Shown here: one piece after another, positions 25,749 through 32,964 of the stretch | Layout: each line of letters starts with the position of its first letter | Position numbering within the stretch: the first letter of the stretch is position 1 | NCBI GenBank assembly: GCA_045614105.1 | Contig: JAZLCF010000080.1 | Span: 1-34,433, forward strand | From: Alphaproteobacteria bacterium | GTDB taxonomy: Bacteria; Pseudomonadota; Alphaproteobacteria; CAAHEQ01; UBA3637 | Reading direction: 5' to 3' | Length of the DNA: 34,433 nt | Made by a program: the position numbers and the translations under genes | The notes under the pieces: model-generated | What the model was told of the DNA's origin: nothing | Seen by the model: the letters and a program-made list of their open reading frames with translations, nothing else | Database searches by the model: none

Positions 25749-26060
25749 CTATTTCAATTTAACTGTTCTCTTATCTACTTTTTTTCTTTCGGTAATTGCC
25801 TGAACGGCTTCTTCAGCAGAAGCCTTATTATCCGACGCGATATCCTGCAAAAGCCAGTCTAACTCTTTAGAACCCGTTGACGAGGTACTTTTCGTTGTCC
25901 CAGTTTTCCCCGTCCCCGTGGCGATACCTTGCAACGTCTGTGTCAAGTTTGAATTTGATTCTGTCGAATTTTTCGTATTATTCGTGTTGTTGGCGGCACC
26001 AACTTGTGTGGCCACTAAAACAGATGCAACAATCATTAAAATCGGCAAAGAAAAGCGCAT
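25749..26060 (-). CDS. Small secreted Asn/Thr/Ser-rich protein, hypothetical
   Basis: 103 aa. AGGAGG RBS, signal peptide MRFSLPILMIVASVLVATQVGA, low-complexity NNTNNTKNSTESNSN..TGKTGTTKSTSSTGS, charged C-terminal helix. Confidence 0.65.
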   Translation of the reverse strand: MRFSLPILMIVASVLVATQVGAANNTNNTKNSTESNSNLTQTLQGIATGTGKTGTTKSTSSTGSKELDWLLQDIASDNKASAEEAVQAITERKKVDKRTVKLK

Positions 26061-26113
26061 TTATTCCTCCTTTTTCTTAAAAATGTATACAGATTTTCCT
26101 TTTTATGCAAGCA

Positions 26114-27454
26114 TTATTTCACCTTTTTGACCAAGGGCAAAATAACAATAACACGCAGGCCTCGCTGAGGGCTGTTATCCAAAACAATATCGCCCCCGTG
26201 CGACAACAAAATATCCCGTGAAATTGTTAAACCCAAGCCCACACCGCCTGTTTCAGGGTTGCGAGATTCTTCCAACCTGACGAAAGGCTTAAAAACCTCT
26301 TTGCGTTTTTCCTTGGGAATGCCAGAACCATTATCATCAATTAAAATCTGAACCGTATCTTGACGCTTGACAATTTTAATCCACGTTTGTGTGGCATAAC
26401 GGCTGGCATTTGACAACAAATTTCCGATGGCTCGCGACAGATCTGTTGGTCGTCCAATCACTGTCATATCTTGCTGAATTTTCAAATTGATATGATGATT
26501 GGTTCTGTTAAATTTATCCACCAGATTCGTCATAAACGGCCTTAGCGCAATTTCTTTGGCCTCCTCGCGCCCTTCCCCACTGGCAAATGTCAAATATCCA
26601 TTTAACATACTTTCCATATCGTCCACATCGTGCATCATTTCTTGGACAGATTCATTGTTGGGCAACATAGACAATTGCAACTTCAAGCGCGTCAAAGGCG
26701 TACGCAAATCATGAGAAACACCCGCCAACATGGCCGTACGTTCGGACAGATAGCGTTGCAATCTATTTTTCATCATTAAAAACGCGGTCCCAGCGTGACG
26801 CACTTCTGTTGCCCCCTCTGGCTTAAAATTATCTACATTTTTTCCAACACCAAACGCCTCGGCAGCGTGCGCCAAACGGATAATTGCACGCAGTTGGTTT
26901 TTCATAAAAATCAAGGCCACGCCAAACCAAAACAAAGATGACACCATCATCCACAAGAAAAAGACCCAAACAGTCGTGCTGAAAAAGCGTTTGCGCGCAA
27001 CAACCACCTGCAAAACACCTTGATCAAGTTGAATATGAATATGTTGTTGGCCATCGGTGGACGTACTTACTTGATAAGGGAAATTTAAATGCGTCAACTC
27101 TGTCGTCAAGGCCTGATTCATATCCAACAGGCGCTTTTTTTGTTTCATATTCAGGTTGGCCTCTGGATACCACGCCAAGTCCAAAAACAAATCATTTCCC
27201 GCTTTATCCAAAAACGCATTGATTTCTGAAGCTGGCCGCTCTGTTGTGTTCACAAAACTCGTCACAACCTCAATTTCCCCCACAATATCACGCGCTAAAC
27301 GATGACTAATTGTTTCCCAATGCCGATGATAGAAGATGACTCCCACTGAAAATTGCACGATAATCAAGGGCAACAAAATAATCAAGACAAAACGCCCCAA
27401 CAATCCATTGGGCAAAAATCTTTTTTTCATATTTCTAATCCAATAATGTGTCAT
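26114..27454 (-). CDS. EnvZ-like sensor histidine kinase
   Basis: 446 aa. Two TM segments, HAMP, H-box AGVSHDLRTPLTRLKL, N/G boxes (NLLSNASRYA, DDNGSGIP, GGVGLGLTISR). ATGA overlap with the response regulator gene. Confidence 0.9.
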   Translation of the reverse strand: MTHYWIRNMKKRFLPNGLLGRFVLIILLPLIIVQFSVGVIFYHRHWETISHRLARDIVGEIEVVTSFVNTTERPASEINAFLDKAGNDLFLDLAWYPEANLNMKQKKRLLDMNQALTTELTHLNFPYQVSTSTDGQQHIHIQLDQGVLQVVVARKRFFSTTVWVFFLWMMVSSLFWFGVALIFMKNQLRAIIRLAHAAEAFGVGKNVDNFKPEGATEVRHAGTAFLMMKNRLQRYLSERTAMLAGVSHDLRTPLTRLKLQLSMLPNNESVQEMMHDVDDMESMLNGYLTFASGEGREEAKEIALRPFMTNLVDKFNRTNHHINLKIQQDMTVIGRPTDLSRAIGNLLSNASRYATQTWIKIVKRQDTVQILIDDNGSGIPKEKRKEVFKPFVRLEESRNPETGGVGLGLTISRDILLSHGGDIVLDNSPQRGLRVIVILPLVKKVK

Positions 27455-28119
27455 GTACTCAGCAACCTATAACCCTTTCCTCTGATGGTTTGTATAAAAT
27501 GCTCGTTAGACGATGTTTCCAATTTTTTACGCAAGCGTGTAATTTGAACATCAACCGTGCGGATATTTTCTAAACTCAACTGGGCGGCTATTATTTCGCG
27601 CGAAACAATCTGATTATTTTGGCGCACTAAAAGCGTCAAGAGCGCCCGCTCAGCGGTGGTCAAAACAAGTTGTTCCTTGCCTTTTTTCAAAAGCCCCAAC
27701 TCTAAATTATAAACATAGGGTCCAAAAGTAAAAACTGTTTCATCCAACTGAGATTGCCGCTTCAGCAAGTTATTCAGACGCAAAACCAATTCTTTCGGCT
27801 CAAATGGCTTTGGCAAATAATCATCTGCGCCGGCCTCTAAACCTGAAATACGACTGGCCGAATCGCCTCGCGCCGTCAAAATCAAAATGGGAGTGATCAC
27901 CCCTTTTTGCCTTAATTCTTTGGTCAAAACATCTCCATTTTTGCGCGGCATCATAATATCCATCACAATGGCATCAGGCTTGACATAGCGCAACAAATCC
28001 TCTGCATCCAATGCATTGGGTGCTTCAGAAACGACAAAACCATTTTGCGCCAAATACTCTTTTAAAAGCTGACGCAATCGCTTATCATCATCTACAATCA
28101 AAACATGCTTGTCCAACAT
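27451..28119 (-). CDS. OmpR-family DNA-binding response regulator
   Basis: 222 aa. Receiver domain (VLIVDDD.., MDIMMP, LILTA, KPF) plus winged-helix C-terminus (..IRTVDVQITRLRKKLE..IQTIRGKGYRL). ATG 28119 preferred over TTG 28122. Confidence 0.9.
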   Translation of the reverse strand: MLDKHVLIVDDDKRLRQLLKEYLAQNGFVVSEAPNALDAEDLLRYVKPDAIVMDIMMPRKNGDVLTKELRQKGVITPILILTARGDSASRISGLEAGADDYLPKPFEPKELVLRLNNLLKRQSQLDETVFTFGPYVYNLELGLLKKGKEQLVLTTAERALLTLLVRQNNQIVSREIIAAQLSLENIRTVDVQITRLRKKLETSSNEHFIQTIRGKGYRLLST

Positions 28120-28122
28120 CAA

Positions 28123-28611
28123 CTATTTCAACGCCTCCAAGATTTGCGCGCCCTTCAATCCTCCGTCCCCCTTCAGCTTTTTCCACAACACCGTTTCCAT
28201 CATTTGTGTATCTTGCTTTAAAACAGCCAAATCCGTTGAACTATATTGTGTCTTTGTGGTAATCAGTCGGCACATATGCGAGGCGATATCTGTAATCAGA
28301 GGATAACCAAATGTTGCTCCCTGCCCCTTTAAATCGTGTGCTTTTGGATAAAACTTTTGACGAATGAGGGCGGCCCGTTCTTGATTAAACATACCAGAAG
28401 CCTCAACCAACAAATTTTTCATCTTTTGCACATCCCCACAAGCCCATGACGGAAATTTGTTTGTTAAATCCGCAATGGCTTCGTTGGCTTGCTTTTCTAA
28501 ATCCTCAGGTTGCACTGAGGATAAATCTACAGACGCTCTGACGTTTGTCGCCCGTCCTGCAGGCTTAATAGACTTTTTTTTCAAGGTTGTTGACAATTCA
28601 AAAATAGACAT
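28123..28611 (-). CDS. Stand-alone Hpt (histidine phosphotransfer) domain protein
   Basis: 162 aa. Hpt signature KAHDLKGQGATFGYPLITDIASHM. GGAGGG RBS. Its stop lies 3 nt before the response regulator ATG. Confidence 0.75.
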   Translation of the reverse strand: MSIFELSTTLKKKSIKPAGRATNVRASVDLSSVQPEDLEKQANEAIADLTNKFPSWACGDVQKMKNLLVEASGMFNQERAALIRQKFYPKAHDLKGQGATFGYPLITDIASHMCRLITTKTQYSSTDLAVLKQDTQMMETVLWKKLKGDGGLKGAQILEALK

Positions 28612-28790
28612 TTCTTAACCCTCCAAATCTATTATACCAAAAATCAAAAGAAGATGTCCATCTTTATTTTTATCCACAGGATTTTTCCAACATATTCAAC
28701 AAACCCAAACGCTGTTTTGTTTGTGTCATTTGATCCTTTGGAAATTTCTGATTGGTCAATCAAATCCCTTTGCTTACTAGGCTTTCCTAA

Positions 28791-28867
28791 TGGTCGGAGG
28801 GATCGGATTCGACCCCCCGACCCCTGCGTCCCGAACGCAGTGCTCTACCAGGCTGAGCCACCCTCCG
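28791..28867 (-). tRNA. tRNA-Pro (anticodon CGG), CCA encoded, non-canonical T-arm
   Basis: Reverse complement CGGAGGG TG GCTC AGCCTGGTA GAGC A CTGCG TTCGGGA CGCAG GGGTC GGGGG GTCGAAT CCGAT CCCTCCG ACCA, 77 nt. The acceptor, D and anticodon stems are perfect and closely resemble E. coli proK. The T-stem is poorly paired. Confidence 0.8.
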
Positions 28868-28879
28868 ATAACGCCAAAT

Positions 28880-28908
28880 AGTATACATGAAATTGAAATA
28901 AATTTCAA
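28880..28908 (-). promoter_or_regulatory. Putative sigma70 promoter TTGAAA-N17-TATACT for tRNA-Pro
   Basis: On the - strand: TTGAAA (28908-28903), 17-nt spacer, TATACT (28885-28880), 12 nt upstream of the tRNA 5' end. Confidence 0.5.
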
Positions 28909-28915
28909 GTTTTAT

Positions 28916-28952
28916 TTACAAAAAGTCCCTACACTTTTTCAGCATAGGGACT
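28916..28952 (-). terminator. Rho-independent terminator downstream of the antiporter gene
   Basis: 8-bp stem AGTCCCTA / TAGGGACT (28924-28931 and 28945-28952) with a 13-nt loop. The - strand RNA continues with TTTTTGT. Confidence 0.6.
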
Positions 28953-28969
28953 TTGTTTTGGGCTTTTCA

Positions 28970-30406
28970 TTAGGCTTTAATAATGCCGCGTGTAAAGGCA
29001 TAAATTGCAAACAACGCCACAGCCACCAAAACGCTGGCCAACACAGTGTCCGCAAAATTCATACGTCCTTTGTCTTTTTTAGCCCACAAGTAAATTGGCA
29101 ACCCTGCAGCAATAAAAATGACAGCCATCAGCATATAGTTCAAACCCGCCGCGTAAATCAGCCAAATCGCATAAACACTGCCCAAAATACCCGTCAATCT
29201 GGCCCACCAACGCGATACACCTGTCACTTGCTCATCTTCGCAAATTTTCCAAAGATATAGGCAGCTGAACAAGTATGCTGGCAGCACCATCACGCCTGTA
29301 ATGGATAACATCGTATTCCAGGCGTTATTGGAAAAATAGACAAGCAACATCGCTAACTGCATCAATGCTGAGGTAATCCACAATGAAAAACAAGGGGCAC
29401 CTTTATCATTTTCTTTTGAAAATCGATCAGGAAACGTGCCATTTTGAGCCATAGATTGAGGCATTTGAGCCGTAATCATGGTCCAACTGAGCCAACTGGC
29501 CAACACAGCAATCAACAAGCCGATATTCATCAACCAAGCTCCCCATGGCCCAACAACCGCTTGCAACACGCCAGCTGTGGATGGGTTAGCAATCCCCGCT
29601 AAACGAGCCTGCGTCATAAAACCAAAAGGCAAAACGGACAGCAGGACATAAATACCCAAACATCCCAAAAAGCCCATGACTGTTGCTTTACCAACATCAC
29701 TCTGGCTTTGAGCACGCCCCGATAAAACCACAGCGCCTTCTATACCAATAAAGGCCCACAAAGTGACCAACATTGAATTTTTAATTTGATCGCCAAGATC
29801 TCCCAGTTTTGCTTTGGCCAGTTCACCCCAAAAATCAAAGTCAAATTTATCTATGTTAAACACAGCCAGCATAATGATACAGAACAAAAACAGCGGAACT
29901 ATTTTCGCAATGGTGGCAATCAAGTTGATTTTTGTGGCCTCTTGTACACCGCGTAAAACCAAATAGTTAAAGCCCCAAATTAAAATAGAGCCACCAATAA
30001 TGCTGGGCAAATTATTACCGCCCTCAAAAACACCTGGGAAGAAATAATTCAGCGCATCCATGGTAATCACAGCATAGCCAACATTACCACAAATCTGGCA
30101 CAACCAATAACTCCACCCGATATTAAAACCCATATAGGGGCCAAAGCCTTCACGGGCATACATGTAAATACCAGCGGTTAAATCTGGCTTTAAATTGGCC
30201 AGCAGACGAAAAGTATTGGCGATAAACCAAATACCCAAACCTGTAATCAACCACGCCAGCAAGACACCACCCACACTAGCCGAGGCCGCCATATTTTGAG
30301 GCAGTGAAAAGATACCGCCGCCAATCATAGAACTGACAACAATGCCGGCCAAGCCAAAGACGCCCAATTTGCCGGCGGTTGTCGTTTTTATTGTTTCTTT
30401 TTTCAT
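28970..30406 (-). CDS. aaxC: APC-superfamily basic amino acid antiporter (ArcD/AaxC-like arginine:agmatine or arginine:ornithine exchanger)
   Basis: 478 aa, ~12 TM. The N-terminal VVSSMIGGGIFSLPQNMAASAS...YMYAREGFGPYMGFNIGWSYW is typical of ArcD-type antiporters. Directly downstream of a pyruvoyl arginine decarboxylase gene. Confidence 0.8.
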   Translation of the reverse strand: MKKETIKTTTAGKLGVFGLAGIVVSSMIGGGIFSLPQNMAASASVGGVLLAWLITGLGIWFIANTFRLLANLKPDLTAGIYMYAREGFGPYMGFNIGWSYWLCQICGNVGYAVITMDALNYFFPGVFEGGNNLPSIIGGSILIWGFNYLVLRGVQEATKINLIATIAKIVPLFLFCIIMLAVFNIDKFDFDFWGELAKAKLGDLGDQIKNSMLVTLWAFIGIEGAVVLSGRAQSQSDVGKATVMGFLGCLGIYVLLSVLPFGFMTQARLAGIANPSTAGVLQAVVGPWGAWLMNIGLLIAVLASWLSWTMITAQMPQSMAQNGTFPDRFSKENDKGAPCFSLWITSALMQLAMLLVYFSNNAWNTMLSITGVMVLPAYLFSCLYLWKICEDEQVTGVSRWWARLTGILGSVYAIWLIYAAGLNYMLMAVIFIAAGLPIYLWAKKDKGRMNFADTVLASVLVAVALFAIYAFTRGIIKA

Positions 30407-30465
30407 TTGAAAATCTCCCTTAAAAAAACAATTCCCCCTGGGAAATTAGAGGGAATTTTCTTTAT

Positions 30466-31065
30466 TTATTTTTTTCTTTTTCCATTGATATCCACAACGG
30501 GCGCATACTCAAAATTCAAGAATCCTAACGCTGTCAAACAATATCCAAAATTTTGTGTGATATTCACATAATTGTGGAAAAATTGGAAATCACTGTGTTG
30601 TTGACATCCACGCAATTGCAATTCATGATTCATGGACTTTGTCAACCACATCTCACAATGGGCTTTAGCAATATCATCGTCGATAAAGGTGTCAAAGTAT
30701 TCCACATACTCGGCCGCCCAGCCGCCCAAGAATTTACCTTTTTTATCTTTGCCCCACACAATGCCAATACCGGTTGCAATGGCTTTGTGCTCGGTGGATT
30801 TGGCGCCGTTGCCGGCCATAATCACTTCTAACACTGCGCCATGCTTAAAGGTATGAGCCACTTGGTCTACATGGACAATGTTGCCATACAATTCTGGTGG
30901 CAAAACAGATGTATAAGGCACAACATTGAAGTCCTGAATTTTGGCCTGCAACAAAGCCGAGTCGTAGCAGAATGTTTCAAATGGTTGAGGGGGAATACCG
31001 TCCTCTGCTTGACCGGCACCGCCTGTATAAAATCCCAATGTGGGATATCTGGTTCCTAATTCCAT
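30466..31065 (-). CDS. aaxB: Pyruvoyl-dependent arginine decarboxylase (AaxB/PvlArgDC family)
   Basis: 199 aa from ATG 31065 (AGGAG RBS). [42 protein letters not shown]|SVLPPE (self-cleavage Thr-Ser).. [37 protein letters not shown] closely resembles chlamydial AaxB as I recall it. Confidence 0.85.
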   Translation of the reverse strand: MELGTRYPTLGFYTGGAGQAEDGIPPQPFETFCYDSALLQAKIQDFNVVPYTSVLPPELYGNIVHVDQVAHTFKHGAVLEVIMAGNGAKSTEHKAIATGIGIVWGKDKKGKFLGGWAAEYVEYFDTFIDDDIAKAHCEMWLTKSMNHELQLRGCQQHSDFQFFHNYVNITQNFGYCLTALGFLNFEYAPVVDINGKRKK

Positions 31066-31225
31066 ATTTTCTCCTTTTGTTTCATGATTACGGTTGCTTT
31101 TCATAAGCAACCTGATGTTTATGTGGGCCACCCTCCAAAATCCTACAAGCCGCCCAAAAGTCTGCCTTGCAAAGCAAATCGTATGTCGCTATATCAAGCC
31201 TGTTATTAAAAAGGAGGAAAATAAC

Positions 31226-31567
31226 ATGAAGAAAACATTATTTTTAACAGTGGCAACCTTGGCTTTTAGCATTTTATCAGCGCATGCTGAAACAGCGATG
31301 GGCGAAGTTGTTTCCGTCACAGACGATATCATCACCGTCCAAAATCAAGAAGGCAAACAAATGTCCTTTAAAACAAATGATAATACAACTTATCGCAAAA
31401 AAGCTTTGCACAAACATCATAAAAAAAAGCGGGGCATGCGCGGACCAAGCGATTGGAGCTATGAACCCATCGTAGAAGAGGATGATTGGATTGAGGTTGT
31501 ATACGACCCTAAAACCGGCAACGGTGTTGCCTATGAGGTGGATACAATTACCGTCTATGATGATTAG
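31226..31567 (+). CDS. Small secreted protein with basic His/Lys patch, hypothetical
   Basis: 113 aa from ATG 31226 (AGGAGG RBS). Signal peptide MKKTLFLTVATLAFSILSAHA|E, beta-rich ends and a central KKALHKHHKKKRGMRG. The ORF-track start at 31094 is an unsupported 5' extension. Confidence 0.65.
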   Translation: MKKTLFLTVATLAFSILSAHAETAMGEVVSVTDDIITVQNQEGKQMSFKTNDNTTYRKKALHKHHKKKRGMRGPSDWSYEPIVEEDDWIEVVYDPKTGNGVAYEVDTITVYDD

Positions 31568-31583
31568 TAATGACGCCAATAAA

Positions 31584-31613
31584 ATACCCCGTCATTACGC
31601 GGGGTATTTTTTT
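31584..31613. terminator. Bidirectional intrinsic terminator between the convergent small-protein gene and ssb
   Basis: Stem ATACCCCG / CGGGGTAT (31584-31591 and 31600-31607), flanked by an A-run upstream and a T7 run downstream, so both transcripts end in a U-tract. Confidence 0.7.
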
Positions 31614-31635
31614 AACATAAATTTATGAAATCCAC

Positions 31636-32103
31636 TTAGAAGGGAATTTCGTCATTGAAAGATTCGTTGCCACCTGTGGGGGCAGAATCCCAACCGGCAT
31701 CACCCGATGCCTCAGGAGCCCCTTCAGCGGAATCCCCCGGCGCCGCATTATCGGCGCGACCTTCCAACACAACCAACTCACCACGATAAGAACCCAACAC
31801 AATCTCGGTTGAAAACTTATCCTGTCCGCTGGCATCTTGGAATTTCCGTGTTTGAATGGAACCTTCCACATAAACCTTAGAACCTTTTTTCAAATTACGT
31901 TCGGCAAAATCGGCCAAATTTGGATTAAAAATGACAACCCGATGCCATTCTGTTTTTTCCTGACGCTCACCATTTTTATCTTTCCAAACATCCGAGGTTG
32001 CCACGGACAAATGCACAATTTTTGCCCCTGCCGCTGTATGACGTACTTCTGGATCACGCCCTAAATTTCCGACTAAAATTACTTTGTTGATACTGCCTGC
32101 CAT
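31636..32103 (-). CDS. ssb: Single-stranded DNA-binding protein
   Basis: 155 aa. OB fold INKVILVGNLGRDPEVR..TEWHRVVIF, Gly/Pro/acidic tail ending DEIPF. Confidence 0.95.
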   Translation of the reverse strand: MAGSINKVILVGNLGRDPEVRHTAAGAKIVHLSVATSDVWKDKNGERQEKTEWHRVVIFNPNLADFAERNLKKGSKVYVEGSIQTRKFQDASGQDKFSTEIVLGSYRGELVVLEGRADNAAPGDSAEGAPEASGDAGWDSAPTGGNESFNDEIPF

Positions 32104-32181
32104 TTTAAATCCTTTCGTTGTATTTGCTTTATCTCGCTCATTTTAACTTTTTTAAAATGAAAAAGCAAGATTTTTTTCAGG

Positions 32182-32210
32182 TTGCCTTTTTTTTATTTTT
32201 GTTCTAATAT
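32182..32210 (+). promoter_or_regulatory. Putative sigma70 promoter TTGCCT-N17-TAATAT
   Basis: TTGCCT at 32182-32187, 17-nt spacer, TAATAT at 32205-32210, upstream of bamD. Confidence 0.4.
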
Positions 32211-32226
32211 GTAAAAAAAGAAAGGG

Positions 32227-32958
32227 ATGTCTATGAAACGATTATTTTCTTTAATTTTGTGTGGCGCCTTGGCGGCCTGTTCTTCCACAACGGTTCAAAC
32301 ATATGATACGGCAGAGGAAGCCTATTTGGCTGGCTATCGCGCTTTTGAAAAAACAGATTACGAGGCGGCCGCCAAAATCTTTGATCAGGTGGAACAAAAC
32401 TTCCCCTTTTCCGAGTGGGCTGATAAATCTCAGGTCATGATGGCCTATTCTCAATACAAACAAAACGAGTATAGCGAAGCCTTGTTGACGTTGGATCGCT
32501 TTATTCAACTGCACCCTGGCAACAAAAACACGCCCTATGCGCTCTATTTAAAAGGGCTGTGTTATTTTGAGCAGATGGCGGACACAACGCGCGAGCAGGA
32601 AATGACGGCCAATGCGGAACAAACTTTCCAAGAGCTGACCATTCGCTATCCCTCGTCCATTTACTATAATGATGCCAAGGCAAAGTTGGTGATGATTCAA
32701 AATCATTTGGCAGGCAAAGAAATGGAGATTGGTCGTTATTATCAAAAACGTGAAGATTTTACCGCCGCGATGAATCGTTTTCAAGCAGTTCTCATTAACT
32801 ATCCTGATTCTAATCAAGTGGCCGAGGCTTACTACCGTCTAGCCGCTTGTTATCAGGCATTGGGCATGACAAAACAAGCCAAAGATATCGCGAACAAGTT
32901 GGCTGAAAAATTTGAAAATTCCATTTGGACACAAAGGGCAAAAAAGATAACGGAGTAG
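32227..32958 (+). CDS. bamD: Outer membrane protein assembly factor BamD (YfiO-like TPR lipoprotein)
   Basis: 243 aa. Lipobox LCGALAA-C, TPR-like repeats (..AYLAGYRAFEKTDYEAAAKIF.., ..YALYLKGLCYFEQ.., ..EAYYRLAACYQALG). Followed by recN, as in many proteobacteria. Confidence 0.85.
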   Translation: MSMKRLFSLILCGALAACSSTTVQTYDTAEEAYLAGYRAFEKTDYEAAAKIFDQVEQNFPFSEWADKSQVMMAYSQYKQNEYSEALLTLDRFIQLHPGNKNTPYALYLKGLCYFEQMADTTREQEMTANAEQTFQELTIRYPSSIYYNDAKAKLVMIQNHLAGKEMEIGRYYQKREDFTAAMNRFQAVLINYPDSNQVAEAYYRLAACYQALGMTKQAKDIANKLAEKFENSIWTQRAKKITE

Positions 32959-32964
32959 CTTTAA

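Noticed and set aside
25561-25803. 80-aa + strand ORF downstream of the VirB2-like gene
   Set aside because: It overlaps the VirB2-like 3' end, reads through a strong terminator hairpin and has no RBS.
28670-28678. Perfect DnaA box TTATCCACA upstream of the Hpt gene, possible oriC
   Set aside because: It is a single box with no cluster, no AT-rich DUE repeats and no dnaA/hemE context. One or two perfect 9-mers in 34 kb can occur by chance.
28654-29260. ORFs 28654..28881 and 28790..29260 (+ strand)
   Set aside because: They run through the tRNA-Pro gene, its promoter and terminator, and antisense to the antiporter gene, so they are spurious.
31066-31131. N-terminal extension of aaxB (ORF-track start 31131), and similar 5' extensions of dnaE (7078), dnaX (3003) and the small secreted protein (31094)
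   Set aside because: Internal ATGs at 31065, 7111, 3027 and 31226 have proper Shine-Dalgarno spacing and coincide with the start of homology or the signal peptide. The extensions have neither.
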